Position numbers and translations under genes: made by a program
The notes under the pieces: generated by a model
What the model saw: the letters and a program-made list of their open reading frames with translations, nothing else
Database searches by the model: none
Told to the model about the DNA's origin: nothing
NCBI GenBank assembly: GCA_038317095.1
Contig: JBBQBB010000002.1
Location: 17,805 to 81,804, forward strand
Direction: 5' to 3'
DNA from: Bacteroidia bacterium
GTDB lineage: Bacteria; Bacteroidota; Bacteroidia; NS11-12g; UBA955
Length of the DNA: 64,000 bases
In this document: piece after piece, positions 20,474 to 31,528 of the stretch
Layout: each line of letters opens with the position of its first letter
Numbering within the stretch: the first letter of the stretch is position 1

Positions 20474-21508
20474 CTATTCTCCAAATTCTTTCAATTCTAG
20501 AATTTCATCCTCTGTTTTTGGAAAATGTTTTTCTTTTCGCATAACCAAATAAACCCCCATAAGTGAAAGCAGAAGACCTACAAACATATTCCAGGTTAGT
20601 ATTTCCTTGTCTAACAATCCCCAAGCTACAGCTACGATAGGAATAACAAATGTATTTGTACTTGCCACCAAAGCTGTGGTATGGTTGATTAAATAATTAA
20701 ACAAAATCATACTAATGGCGCTGCCAAGAATACCCAAAATAGCCATATACCCAAAAGAATGCCAAGCCTGCACCGGATCTATAATCCAGGCGTTTTCAAC
20801 GTGTGAGAAAATTAAAATAAATATATACCCAATGCCCATAAATAAAAATGGATATGCCGTTTTAACCATGGGTGGCAAATGTTGCAATTTGTGTTTGATA
20901 AGATTGATATTATAACCATACATAACCGCTGCCGTAAGCACCATGAGTATTGCCATCGGATCGGCGGTTTGTGCACCTGTTTTAAAAATTGCATGATAAA
21001 TTGAAGGGCCAAATAAAAATCCAGAACCAGTAATACCTGCCAAAACACCCAAAAACCCATTTCGGGTTAGTCTATCGCTGAAAAGTCCAATGCCCACCAT
21101 TAGAGTAAACATGGGTGTAAATGCATTTAGAATGCCACTTAAGCCACTAGGTATTTTGGTGCCGGCATAGCTGAACAAAAAGGCTGGTATTCCATTGCCA
21201 ATCAATCCGCTTAAAAACAAATTCCAATAGTCTTTTTTTTGTACTATACGTTTATTGGTTGCAATGCCATTCAACGTTTTCCAAGGTTTTATAAAACTGT
21301 ATTGTATAACCCAAGGCAACAAAATAATTGCGGCCAATGACAAGCGCCAGCCTGCCACTTGTATAGGTTCAAACGCCAACAATCCACGTTTAATTAGAAT
21401 AAATGAGCTACCCCATATACATCCAAGAAGCAAGATTAATGCTGCAGGCCACCAACTTTTTTTCACCTTGGGCAAAGATAACTCTGTTTGTTCAATGTAA
21501 AATTGCAA
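20474..21508 (-). CDS. EamA/DMT-family transporter
   Basis: About ten hydrophobic helices in two halves. Start position uncertain. Confidence 0.7.
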   Translation of the reverse strand: MQFYIEQTELSLPKVKKSWWPAALILLLGCIWGSSFILIKRGLLAFEPIQVAGWRLSLAAIILLPWVIQYSFIKPWKTLNGIATNKRIVQKKDYWNLFLSGLIGNGIPAFLFSYAGTKIPSGLSGILNAFTPMFTLMVGIGLFSDRLTRNGFLGVLAGITGSGFLFGPSIYHAIFKTGAQTADPMAILMVLTAAVMYGYNINLIKHKLQHLPPMVKTAYPFLFMGIGYIFILIFSHVENAWIIDPVQAWHSFGYMAILGILGSAISMILFNYLINHTTALVASTNTFVIPIVAVAWGLLDKEILTWNMFVGLLLSLMGVYLVMRKEKHFPKTEDEILELKEFGE

Positions 21509-21561
21509 GTTTTAAACTCAACAAACTATATTTTTTCCTTTACATATCCGTAATTTGTAAA

Positions 21562-23499
21562 ATGCGACTCTGTGCATTGCTAATTTCCTGCTTGTTTTTT
21601 TTGCCGAACAGCAAAGGTCAAAGTTTGGTTACCGATGATTTGGTATGCAAGGAAAATGTGCGCATGTTAAAAATGGTACAATCCAGAGCAGCTACACCTG
21701 GTTATTATGGATACGACATTTTATACCACCGGTGCGCGTGGAAAGTGAATCCATTGAGAAACAAATACCTATATGGTAAGGTTACTTCTATATTCAAAAC
21801 AACCAGTGCTGGGGATTCCGTAGGGTTTGATTTAATGAGTTTTATGCAAGTGGACAGCATTCATTGGCATGGAGCAAAAACCACTTTTACCCGAAATGGA
21901 AATAAGATTCTGGTTGCAAAACCAGGCAGTTGGGCAAAAAGCATGGTCGATTCACTCACTTTCTTTTACCAAGGCAATCCCGATCCTGGGGGTGGATTTG
22001 GGTATTACAATTACGACAACCACCAAACCGGGCCCATTGTATTTACCCTAAGCGAACCCTATGGCGCTGCCTATTGGTGGCCTTGCAAGCAAACCCTTAG
22101 TGACAAAATAGATTCAATTGACATCATTATGACAATTCCTCCATCTATGAAAGCTGGTTGCAACGGCACGCTAGTGCGGAATGACTCAATCAACGACAGT
22201 ACCCGGGTTATGCATTGGAAGCACAGATACCCAATTGCTACTTATTTGGTGTCGTTTGCAGTTTCTAATTATATGGAATACAACCTCACTGAATCTTGGT
22301 CGGACCGACCTGGCACCATGCCTATAATCAACTATGTATTTCCACAATCCTTGGCAGAATTAAAATTATCTATGCCTAGCCATATGCAAGTGTTGCGCAT
22401 GTTCGACAGTTTATTAGGGCATTATCCGTTCGACAAAGAGAAATACGGGCATTCGCAATTCACTTGGGGTGGAGGCATGGAGCATCAAACCATGAGTTCC
22501 GTTGTAAATTTTGGTTTTGATTTGTTGGCGCATGAATTGGCACACCAGTGGTTTGGCGATAAAGTTACCTGTGGCAGTTGGGCTGATCTTTGGCTGAATG
22601 AAGGTTTTGCAACTTATATGAATGCGCTTTGTTACCGTTATTTGCGCACCCACAACGATTGGTTGGGCAGAATGCGCGATGTGAGGAACAACGCCCTTTC
22701 GCAAGACGATGGCAGTGTATTTGCCCGAGATACCAATGCGGTAAATGCGCTTTTTAGTGGTAATTTGCGCTACAACAAAGGTGCATTTGTACTGCACATG
22801 CTGCGCATAAAAGTTGGAGATGGTTACTTTTTCTCTGCGCTAAAAAAATACCTTACCCAACCCAGCACTGCCTACGGTTTTGCAAAAACCAAAGATTTGC
22901 AAAAACTTATGGAAGTGGAAAGTGGTAAAAATTTAGATACGTTTTTTCTTCGCTGGTTTTGGGGAGAAGGGTATCCAAAGCTGCAAATTAACTGGCAACA
23001 AAAAGGCGTTCAATTGAAAGTAAATATCCAACAAACAACCTCCCATTTTTCAGTTCCTTTTTTTGAAATGCCAGTTCCAGTGCTCTTTAAAAACGGTCAA
23101 AAAGATACTTTGATCACTTTTTATCCATCCACATTGAATCAAACTTTCTTTCTTAGCATGCCCTTCCCAATCGACACCGCTGTTTTTGATCCGGAGGTTA
23201 CAATTTTAGCAAAAGCCTCACTGGGTGGAATTAATCTCGATAAAACCAAAGTGGGTGACTTTTTAATCGCCCCAAATCCTGCTCAAAATGAACTCGTAAT
23301 TTTACCCTTTTTTAATTTGGTGACAGCCATAGATATTTTTGACATTTCAGGCAGAAAAGTATATGTAAGTCCCCCCAATTCTAATTATTCCGTTGGTAAT
23401 AAAATAACAATAAACATAGAAAATCTTTCGAGTGGGACTTATGTCACTCGGATATATACAAAAAAAATCGTAAATTCGTTTAAATTTATAAAACAATAA
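21562..23499 (+). CDS. M1-family zinc aminopeptidase with T9SS C-terminal sorting domain
   Basis: HELAHQWFGD (HEXXH) followed by WLNEGFATY (third zinc ligand). Signal peptide MRLCALLISCLFFLPNSKG. The C-terminal ~80 aa resemble a T9SS CTD. Confidence 0.8.
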   Translation: MRLCALLISCLFFLPNSKGQSLVTDDLVCKENVRMLKMVQSRAATPGYYGYDILYHRCAWKVNPLRNKYLYGKVTSIFKTTSAGDSVGFDLMSFMQVDSIHWHGAKTTFTRNGNKILVAKPGSWAKSMVDSLTFFYQGNPDPGGGFGYYNYDNHQTGPIVFTLSEPYGAAYWWPCKQTLSDKIDSIDIIMTIPPSMKAGCNGTLVRNDSINDSTRVMHWKHRYPIATYLVSFAVSNYMEYNLTESWSDRPGTMPIINYVFPQSLAELKLSMPSHMQVLRMFDSLLGHYPFDKEKYGHSQFTWGGGMEHQTMSSVVNFGFDLLAHELAHQWFGDKVTCGSWADLWLNEGFATYMNALCYRYLRTHNDWLGRMRDVRNNALSQDDGSVFARDTNAVNALFSGNLRYNKGAFVLHMLRIKVGDGYFFSALKKYLTQPSTAYGFAKTKDLQKLMEVESGKNLDTFFLRWFWGEGYPKLQINWQQKGVQLKVNIQQTTSHFSVPFFEMPVPVLFKNGQKDTLITFYPSTLNQTFFLSMPFPIDTAVFDPEVTILAKASLGGINLDKTKVGDFLIAPNPAQNELVILPFFNLVTAIDIFDISGRKVYVSPPNSNYSVGNKITINIENLSSGTYVTRIYTKKIVNSFKFIKQ

Positions 23500-23503
23500 A
23501 CCC

Positions 23504-24280
23504 ATGAAAGTTTCAAAAATATATTTACTTGGTCTAATTGGAGCATTGTTAATTTCGACAGCATCGAATTGCAAAAAGCCAAAATCGGTAACCGAAACCA
23601 ATCCAACATTAAGTGTAGAATTTAATGCCAAGTTTGCCTCAAGCCCTATGGAGCTGCGGAGCACAGAATACACGAAAACCGATGGAGAGGTGGTAAAATT
23701 AAACAATTGGAGTGTATTGCTTTCGAAAGTTTCTTTGGTAAAAACCGATGATTCTAAAGTTATGTTAGGCGACGGTTATATGTGGATTGATTTTTACAAT
23801 TCCAACACAAAATATAAATTCACGGAATTGCCTTCAGGAAACTACAAAGGAATTTCCTTCCAATTTGGAATAGATAGCATTGTAAATCACGCTGATCCAA
23901 ATGTTTGGCCTGCAACTCATCCTTTGAATCCAAATCTTACAGGCATGCATTGGGGCTGGTCTGGCGGATATATCTTTATGATATTGGACGGAACTTATAA
24001 GACAAACGCGATCAGCGGTTCATGGAATCCGTTTTCTTTTCATACTGTAGGCGATGTTTTTAAAAGAAATTATTTTTTGCCTTTCAATTTTGAATTGGCC
24101 AAAAATACGAATAAGACAGCCACAATTGCCATGGCATTTGACGAACTTTTTAAAAATCCTATTGCATTAAAAATTGGCAACGACCCTAACAACCATTGCG
24201 GCAATTTTACGGAAATTAATTGGATGGAAGAACTCGTGGACAATGCCGAAGATATGTATGAATTAAAATCTGTGAAATGA
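23504..24280 (+). CDS. periplasmic lipoprotein, tentatively an MbnP-family copper-binding protein
   Basis: Lipoprotein signal (LISTASNC). Trp-rich, ~250 aa. Overlaps by 4 nt (ATGA) and is co-oriented with a di-heme cytochrome c peroxidase, the usual MbnP/MbnH arrangement. The family call rests on context plus size. Confidence 0.4.
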   Translation: MKVSKIYLLGLIGALLISTASNCKKPKSVTETNPTLSVEFNAKFASSPMELRSTEYTKTDGEVVKLNNWSVLLSKVSLVKTDDSKVMLGDGYMWIDFYNSNTKYKFTELPSGNYKGISFQFGIDSIVNHADPNVWPATHPLNPNLTGMHWGWSGGYIFMILDGTYKTNAISGSWNPFSFHTVGDVFKRNYFLPFNFELAKNTNKTATIAMAFDELFKNPIALKIGNDPNNHCGNFTEINWMEELVDNAEDMYELKSVK

Positions 24281-25398
24281 AAATTACGGTGAAGTATTTA
24301 TTTTTATTTATTGCCATCTCCACTGCAATTATCGCATGTAGAAAAGATCCAAAAACTGCGTCAAAACCAGATGGTTTTAATCCTACATACATTAACACAT
24401 CTACCATTTACCCTTCGTATTTTCCCAAAGTAAATTTACCTGCGGATAATGCATTGACCGTTGAAGGCGTATATTTGGGAAGAATGTTGTTCTATGACCC
24501 CGTTTTGTCCATGGATAGCAGCATTTCTTGCGCCAGTTGCCACGACCAAAAACACGCATTTGCAGATCCCAATCCTTTTAGCACAGGGATTTTTGGATCA
24601 AAAACAGGACGGAATGCATCTCCGATATTTAATCTGGCCTATAGCAAAGTATTCTTTTGGGATGGACGCCAAAAATCTATCCGGGAACAAATTTTAGAAC
24701 CCATACAATCACATGTAGAAATGGGTATGACTTTGCCGATTTTACAGGAGAGATTATCCAAAATAGAACGGTACAAAATTTGGTTTAAAAAGGCATTTAA
24801 TGCAAGTCCAGATATCTTTTTAATAGCAAAAGCCATAGAACAATTTGAACTCACACTTGTTTCCAAAAATTCAAAATTTAACCAGTTTTTACAGGGAAAT
24901 AATGCTGTTTTTTCTTTTAATGAAGTAGAAGGGTTTAATATTTACAATAAGCTTTTTTTACCCCCTTCCGTTGGGGGTGATTGTTTCCATTGTCATGGCC
25001 AGGCTATTGCACAAACCAATGCATTAAATGCAGGCGGTCTTGCCAACAATGGATTGGATGCCGTGTTAAACGATAAGGGGCTGGGCGGTATAACGGGAAA
25101 ATATACGGATTTGGGTGTATTTAAAACACCTTCTTTGTTGAATATTGCATTAACGGGGCCTTATATGCATGATGGAAGATTTAAGACATTGGAGGAGGTT
25201 ATCAATCATTACAGCGATAGCGTCCATTTTAATTCGCCCAATATACACCCAAGTTTAATTCACCAAGACCCAATTACTAAGACACCAGTGCATGTTAAAA
25301 TGAATGCTACCCAAAAAGCCCAATTGAAAGCGTTCTTGTTAACCATGACAGATACGGTTTTTATCAACAATCCGGCTTTTAAGAACCCATTTAAATAA
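24277..25398 (+). CDS. di-heme cytochrome c peroxidase (MbnH/CCP family)
   Basis: Two CxxCH motifs (SCASCHDQ and CFHCHGQ). Overall CCP length and spacing. Lipoprotein-type signal. Confidence 0.8.
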   Translation: MKITVKYLFLFIAISTAIIACRKDPKTASKPDGFNPTYINTSTIYPSYFPKVNLPADNALTVEGVYLGRMLFYDPVLSMDSSISCASCHDQKHAFADPNPFSTGIFGSKTGRNASPIFNLAYSKVFFWDGRQKSIREQILEPIQSHVEMGMTLPILQERLSKIERYKIWFKKAFNASPDIFLIAKAIEQFELTLVSKNSKFNQFLQGNNAVFSFNEVEGFNIYNKLFLPPSVGGDCFHCHGQAIAQTNALNAGGLANNGLDAVLNDKGLGGITGKYTDLGVFKTPSLLNIALTGPYMHDGRFKTLEEVINHYSDSVHFNSPNIHPSLIHQDPITKTPVHVKMNATQKAQLKAFLLTMTDTVFINNPAFKNPFK

Positions 25399-25649
25399 GT
25401 AATTTTATCAATTCTCAAAGGACATAGAGATAAATCCAATTTATAAGATTAAAACACCCAATCTTAATTTGTTTTTTTAATCTCGCTAGTTTGGAATTGC
25501 ATTATGTTTCAGACAATAAACAAATGGCATTACAGTTTATAGAAAACCCAAAGTCGCATTTGAAATTGGTCTGGATTAGATAATACTCGATTAATTGTTA
25601 TAATCTTATTAGGGATGTTTGGATCTACATCATTTCCCCATTGTCTAAA

Positions 25650-26215
25650 AAAACCAATCCCGTATAAGGAGGTATTGAAATCTAATCCAATACGCTTGCC
25701 CATTTTATACTAAGCCTACTGGTAATACATGCTTTCAAAGGAAGAATGTTTATACTTTGATCAAAGCTATTGGCAATTTTCGGAATTGTTTGACTCCTCC
25801 AAAAACTAGGAACCAATCCAGCGGCGAGCAATAAAGAAAATTTCTTTTTCCGCAAAATCCTAAATCCATATTCCATAGAAATTGCAGACGTAAAATATCT
25901 TTGAATTCCCCCATAGATAACATTTGAATTCCCAAAACTATCTTTCTGGGAAACAGAATAATTTTGACTTCCATATTGTATTTGATTTAGGCGAAACTCC
26001 CAAAAGCGGTTTTTTCTAAAATTTTTTTTGAACGGCAATTTGCGGAGCAATAACAGTAAATACGGAATTCCGATTGGTTAAATGTGAATTGTGATAATTA
26101 TAATAATTTATTTCCGTATAAACCTAAGCAAGCCATTCATTATTATAAGTACTATCTGTTGCCGCATTCGAAAATTGGCAAATCAATAAGAAAAAGTACA
26201 ATGAAATATATTTCA
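25650..26215 (-). pseudogene. possible remnant of an outer-membrane beta-barrel protein gene
   Basis: The minus strand reads a signal peptide MKYISLYFFLLICQFSNAA, then a stop. A second frame continues with beta-strand-like ...SFGNSNVIYGGIQRYFTSAISMEYGFRIL...LLLAAGLVPSFW... This occupies an otherwise ORF-poor 860-bp spacer downstream of metH. Confidence 0.25.
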
Positions 26216-26260
26216 TGATATCGAAACGTGATTAAACAATATTTATTGTACGTATAGCAC

Positions 26261-28948
26261 TCAATACGCCAAAACAGGTCGCAACCATTTCTCGGCGGTA
26301 GCCAAGTCCCAGCCTTTTCTGCGGGCATAATCTTCCACCTGGTCTTTGTTGATTTTTCCAATGCCAAAATATTGACTTTCGGGGTGGGCAAAATAAAATC
26401 CACTCACTGCAGCGGCTGGCCACATGGCCATACTTTCAGTCAGGGTTAATGCTGTATTTTTCTCTACCTCCATGATATCAAACAAGGTGCGCTTTTCTGT
26501 ATGTTCTGGGCAAGCGGGATAGCCAGGAGCAGGCCTAATGCCTTTGTAATTTTCACGAAGTAACTCTTCTGTAGAAATGGATTCCCCAGCGGCATATCCC
26601 CAATAATTTTTTCGCACTTCGCGGTGTAAAAATTCTGCCGCAGCTTCTGCCAAGCGATCTGCAATGGCTTTTGCTAATATAGAATTATAATCGTCGTGGT
26701 CTTTTTCATAGGCTTCCACCACTTTTTCCAAACCCACGCCGGCAGTAACAGCGAATCCCCCCAAATAATCTTTTGCAACGCCTTTTGGTGCAATAAAATC
26801 TGCTAAATTTAGGTTCTTCAAACCAGTGCCCATTTTTCGTTGTTGGCGAATAAAATGAAATACAGATTTTACGTCATTTCTATTTTCATCGGTGTAAACT
26901 TCTACATCTTCATCGCCACTGTTTGCGGGTAAAATAAAAAACACACCCTCTGCCTCCAATGATTGATTTTCAATCAATTGATCTAGCATTTTATTGGCAT
27001 CCACAAATAGTTTTTTTGCTTCTATGCCAACCACTGAATCTTCTAATATTTGCGGGTATTTACCAGCCAATTCCCATGTTTGAAAGAAAGGGGTCCAATC
27101 GATGATTTCACGAATTTCCTTTAAATCAAATTTTATTTTTTTAATACCCAAAAAATGGGGTTTGTGAATTTCTTTTTCGGTAAAACTAAACTTTCCAGCA
27201 TTTATTTTCGCTTCACTAAACGGCAAAATATCTTTGCCTGTTTGGCGTTTTGCATGGTCCTCAGCCAGTTTTGCATATTCTGCTTTGGTTTTAATGGCAA
27301 ATGCTGCTTTGTGTGTTTCGCTTAATAAATTCCCCACAACGGGCACGCTTCTACTCGCATCTAAAACGTGCACCACTGGGCCCTGATAATGAGGGGCTAC
27401 TTTAACCGCGGTATGTATTCGGCTGGTAGTTGCACCCCCTATAATCAATGGCAGAGTAAATCCTAGGCGTTCCATTTCTGAAGCAACGTGTACCATTTCA
27501 TCTAAACTTGGTGTAATTAATCCACTGAGCCCAATCACATCAGCGCCCCATTCCTTTGCCCTTGCCAAAATGCGTTCAACTGGAACCATAACCCCAATAT
27601 CCTCTATCTCATAATTGTTACATGCAAGCACGACACCCACAATGTTTTTTCCAATATCATGCACATCGCCTTTAACGGTAGCCAATAAAATTTTGCCGTT
27701 GCTGTTGCTGCTTCCTTCTGTTTTCAATTCTTCCAAAAACGGTTGTAAATACGCCACCGCCTTTTTCATAACCCTGGCACTTTTTACCACCTGCGGTAAG
27801 AACATTTTTCCGCTGCCAAAAAGGTCTCCTACCACATTCATTCCCGCCATCAATGGCCCTTCAATTACATTGATAGGTTCTCCCAATTTTACCCTTGCCT
27901 CTTCTGTGTCCAAATCAATAAATTCAGTAATTCCTTTTACCAAGCTATGCGACAGCCTCTCTTCAACTGTGCCTTTTCTCCATTCTGCTTCTTCTACTGC
28001 TTCGGCAACTTTGCCTTTCACAGTTTCAGCAAATTGAACCAATCTTTCGGTAGAATCTGCCCTGCGATTTAACAATACATCTTCTACGCGTTCTAATAAA
28101 TCTTTGGGAATTTCATCATACACTTCTACCATACCCGCATTTACAATACCCATATCCATACCAGCGGCAATTGCCCGGTAAAGGAATGCGCTGTGCATGG
28201 CTTCTCTAACCACGTCATTTCCACGGAAAGAAAAAGAAATATTAGACACCCCTCCGCTTACTTTAGCCCCTTGTAAATTTTGTTTAATCCAGCGTGTGGC
28301 TTCAATAAAATCTATGGCATAATTGTTATGCTCATCCATACCCGTTGCAACCGTTAAAATATTAGGGTCGAAAATGATATCTGATGCAGGAAAATGTACA
28401 ATCTCTGTTAAAATTTTATAGCATCTTTCGCAAATTTCTATGCGCCTTTGGTAATTGTCCGCTTGGCCTGTTTCATCAAATGCCATAACGACAACTGCCG
28501 CACCGAAAAGTTTTATGGTCTTAGCTTTTTGTATAAATTCTGCTTCACCATCTTTCAGGGATATTGAATTCACAATGCCCTTTCCTTGCAAACATTTTAA
28601 ACCCGCAACAATTACATCCCATTTGCTGCTATCAATCATTACTGGAACTTTGCAAATGTCTGGTTCTGAAGCGATAAGGTTTATAAAAGTTGTCATGGCA
28701 GATACCCCGTCAAGCATACCTTCGTCCATATTCACATCAATTACTTGGGCGCCATTTTCAACTTGTTGTCTGGCAATGTCCAATGCCGCGCTATAATCGC
28801 CTGCCAACACCAGTTTTGCGAATTTTCGACTTCCAGAGACATTGGTTCTTTCACCAATATTCACAAAATTGGTTTCTTTGGTAAGGGTAAACGGTTCCAA
28901 ACCACTAAGGCGCAGGTAGGAAATTATCGTATTTGGTATAGTGTTCAA
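26261..28948 (-). CDS. metH: methionine synthase, cobalamin-dependent, lacking the N-terminal homocysteine-binding module (pterin-binding + B12-binding + AdoMet-reactivation domains only)
   Basis: Collinear with E. coli MetH from about residue 345 (RLSGLEP...GERTNV...[10 protein letters not shown]) to the C-terminal end. B12 motif [11 protein letters not shown]. Reactivation domain [12 protein letters not shown]. The ORF begins at TTG with no upstream ATG in frame. Confidence 0.85.
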   Translation of the reverse strand: MNTIPNTIISYLRLSGLEPFTLTKETNFVNIGERTNVSGSRKFAKLVLAGDYSAALDIARQQVENGAQVIDVNMDEGMLDGVSAMTTFINLIASEPDICKVPVMIDSSKWDVIVAGLKCLQGKGIVNSISLKDGEAEFIQKAKTIKLFGAAVVVMAFDETGQADNYQRRIEICERCYKILTEIVHFPASDIIFDPNILTVATGMDEHNNYAIDFIEATRWIKQNLQGAKVSGGVSNISFSFRGNDVVREAMHSAFLYRAIAAGMDMGIVNAGMVEVYDEIPKDLLERVEDVLLNRRADSTERLVQFAETVKGKVAEAVEEAEWRKGTVEERLSHSLVKGITEFIDLDTEEARVKLGEPINVIEGPLMAGMNVVGDLFGSGKMFLPQVVKSARVMKKAVAYLQPFLEELKTEGSSNSNGKILLATVKGDVHDIGKNIVGVVLACNNYEIEDIGVMVPVERILARAKEWGADVIGLSGLITPSLDEMVHVASEMERLGFTLPLIIGGATTSRIHTAVKVAPHYQGPVVHVLDASRSVPVVGNLLSETHKAAFAIKTKAEYAKLAEDHAKRQTGKDILPFSEAKINAGKFSFTEKEIHKPHFLGIKKIKFDLKEIREIIDWTPFFQTWELAGKYPQILEDSVVGIEAKKLFVDANKMLDQLIENQSLEAEGVFFILPANSGDEDVEVYTDENRNDVKSVFHFIRQQRKMGTGLKNLNLADFIAPKGVAKDYLGGFAVTAGVGLEKVVEAYEKDHDDYNSILAKAIADRLAEAAAEFLHREVRKNYWGYAAGESISTEELLRENYKGIRPAPGYPACPEHTEKRTLFDIMEVEKNTALTLTESMAMWPAAAVSGFYFAHPESQYFGIGKINKDQVEDYARRKGWDLATAEKWLRPVLAY

Positions 28949-29174
28949 AGTATAAAAAATTGCGCAAATTTCGGTAAAAGACGGTATACTTTGGCGAATT
29001 TCTTTGGATGAAAGATGGCCTAGAAGTGCAATAAAGTGGTCAAATCCGCACCCCTATTGGTTTTAATAATTATTATACGTACCTTTGCACCGTCTTTCGG
29101 CAATTATTCTGAATACCGTAAATGTCAGTTATTCAGATCCTTTGCTGACATTCGGTAATAATTTAATAAAAGAA

Positions 29175-31070
29175 ATGACAACATTCACCTCACTGGGGTT
29201 GGATCAGGAAATCCTGTCCGCCCTGGAAGATCTGGGTTTTCAAACCCCGACCCCCATCCAAGAAAAAGCCATTCCCATTCTATTAGAAGGAGAACGTGAT
29301 CTTGTAGCCTTAGCCCAAACTGGTACTGGTAAAACAGCCGCTTTTGGTTTACCCCTCATTCAGAAAATGCACTTTAAAGGGCATACCGAAGCATTGGTAC
29401 TTGCCCCCACGCGCGAACTTTGCATGCAAATTGCCCGTGATTTGGTGCAATATGCAAAACACAAACCCAAAGTGAATGTAGTACCCGTTTATGGTGGTGC
29501 TGGCATTCGCGAACAAATTGCCCAAATTAGAGCTGGCGCCGGCATCGTAGTTGCCACACCAGGCCGATTGATTGATTTGATGGAAAGAAAAGCCATTGAT
29601 TTAAGCAAATTGCGCATGGTGGTGTTAGACGAAGCGGATGAAATGCTGAACATGGGGTTTAAGGAAGACATTGACTTCATCCTTGAACAATCTCCGGCAA
29701 CAAGACAAACTTGTCTTTTTAGCGCAACTATGCCAAATGAAGTTCGAAGAATTTCTAAAAACTACATGAACGAGCCTCATGAGGTGAGTTTGGCTGGAAA
29801 TACGTCCAACGAAAATATTGAACACCATTATTACTTGGTAAAAGAAAAAAACAAGTACGAAAGTGTAAAAAGAATTTTGGACGCGTTGCCAGATGTTTAT
29901 GGTATTTTGTTTGCTCAAACCCGTAAACTTTGCCAGGAATTGGCAGAAAAACTAATCCATGATGGGTACAATGCAGATTCATTGCATGGCGAACTAAGCC
30001 AAGCCCAGCGAGATAAAGTAATGGGCCGTTTTAGAAACAAGAGTTTAAAAGTACTGGTTGCAACAGATGTGGCTGCAAGGGGTATTGATGTAAGTAACAT
30101 TTCCCATGTTATCAATTATAGTTTGCCCAATGAGCTTGAAGTTTATACCCATAGAAGCGGCAGAACTGCACGCGCTGGAATGAAGGGTATTTCTATTTCT
30201 TTGGTTGGAAACCGCGATTTGGATAAAATACGCAGGCTTGAAAAAATAACCAAAGCACAATTTGCATTGCAACAAGTGCCTAGCGGACAAGATGTAATCA
30301 AATCTAAATTCTCGCACTTCCTAGAAGAATTAAAATTAGAAACCCCCGATGAAAAGGCCATTGAACCTTATTTGGATTTGTTTCATACTGAATTAAAAAG
30401 TTTCACCAAAGAACAATTGATTCAAAAAATTACCAGCATAGAATTAAAGAAATTCATCGATTATTATGATGGAGCTTCAGAAATGAATGAAATTGCAGGT
30501 AAAGGTGGAAGGGAACGTGGAGGAAGAGATAGTGGCACAGGCCAATTTCAAAAATTCTTTTTATCTGTAGGTGAATTGGATGGTTTGGATAAAAAATCCA
30601 TGTTAAAATGGTTTAACGATTGTGGCTTGGGTGATGTAGAATTTGGCAAATTGGCGATTCAAAAAACACACAGTTTTTTGGAGGCAGATGTTGCATCTAC
30701 AGCTAAAGTTTTAGCAGCAATTAATGATCAAAAATTTCAAGGTCGTAAAGTGCGTATAGAAGTGCAAGGCTTTGAACCCGATGGATATACCAAACGCAAA
30801 AAATCCGGGCATGGCGAAAAACCACGCGGCGAAAGCAAACCTTGGGAAAGAAGTGGCGAGAAAAAATCATACGGCGGAAGCAATGGCGGCGGCGGTTATA
30901 GAGGTAGCAACGACAATCGCGGAGGCGGTGAATATAGAAGTAGCAGCGAAAACAGAGGCGGAGGCGAAAAAAGAAGTGGCGAAAATCGCGGAGACTCTGG
31001 AGCCAAAGCGCACAAACCTGCCGAAAAATCCTTCACAAAGAAAAAAGAAAGCAAAGGAAAACGTTGGTAA
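29175..31070 (+). CDS. deaD: DEAD-box ATP-dependent RNA helicase (DeaD/CsdA-like) with DbpA-type RNA-binding domain and a Gly/Arg-rich tail
   Basis: AQTGTGKT, VLDEADEM, SAT and HRSGRTARAG motifs. The C-terminus has RGGGEYRSSSENRGGGEKRSGENRG repeats. Start trimmed to ATG 29175. Confidence 0.85.
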   Translation: MTTFTSLGLDQEILSALEDLGFQTPTPIQEKAIPILLEGERDLVALAQTGTGKTAAFGLPLIQKMHFKGHTEALVLAPTRELCMQIARDLVQYAKHKPKVNVVPVYGGAGIREQIAQIRAGAGIVVATPGRLIDLMERKAIDLSKLRMVVLDEADEMLNMGFKEDIDFILEQSPATRQTCLFSATMPNEVRRISKNYMNEPHEVSLAGNTSNENIEHHYYLVKEKNKYESVKRILDALPDVYGILFAQTRKLCQELAEKLIHDGYNADSLHGELSQAQRDKVMGRFRNKSLKVLVATDVAARGIDVSNISHVINYSLPNELEVYTHRSGRTARAGMKGISISLVGNRDLDKIRRLEKITKAQFALQQVPSGQDVIKSKFSHFLEELKLETPDEKAIEPYLDLFHTELKSFTKEQLIQKITSIELKKFIDYYDGASEMNEIAGKGGRERGGRDSGTGQFQKFFLSVGELDGLDKKSMLKWFNDCGLGDVEFGKLAIQKTHSFLEADVASTAKVLAAINDQKFQGRKVRIEVQGFEPDGYTKRKKSGHGEKPRGESKPWERSGEKKSYGGSNGGGGYRGSNDNRGGGEYRSSSENRGGGEKRSGENRGDSGAKAHKPAEKSFTKKKESKGKRW

Positions 31071-31092
31071 AAGATAAAATATGAATTATTTA

Positions 31093-31118
31093 AAAAGCCC
31101 GTTTTTTACGGGCTTTTT
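31093..31118 (+). terminator. rho-independent terminator of deaD
   Basis: aaaaGCCCGttttttaCGGGCttttt: a GC stem followed by a T-run, 20 nt after the stop. Confidence 0.7.
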
Positions 31119-31528
31119 AAATTTTAAGCGATTCTCAAAAATCGTGTTTGCTAGTATGGGTTCGTTTTTTCAACAACCTTGCGCGAATGGCACACCAAAT
31201 TAAATTCTATATAAACTACAACTCGCAATTTGACCATTCCAATTTAGGAGTAAAACTTATCCTTTGTAAACGCCTAGTTTTCTTTTATTATGTAGCTGCA
31301 CAACCACAGTTGAAACCGAACTTTAAATAATGCCAAGTGCACTTTTGCTGGATGTTGTTTGAAAACAATATCTAGGATAAAATCAAACATTTTAAAGGAT
31401 ACATAAGCTGAAATAACGTTGGGCCAATATCTTTAAATCGACCAAATATCCTGTCAATTGAACCTCACAATATAAAGCGATAGTAAATGTAAATTGCCAT
31501 CTTTTACTATCTGGTTATAGAACTTTGG

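Noticed and set aside
28949-29084. Riboswitch (SAM or B12) in the metH leader
   Set aside because: Only 136 bp is shared with the divergent deaD leader. No recognisable SAM-I/II or cobalamin riboswitch core was seen by eye. The hairpins present (TGTCAG...CTGACA) belong to the plus-strand deaD 5' UTR.
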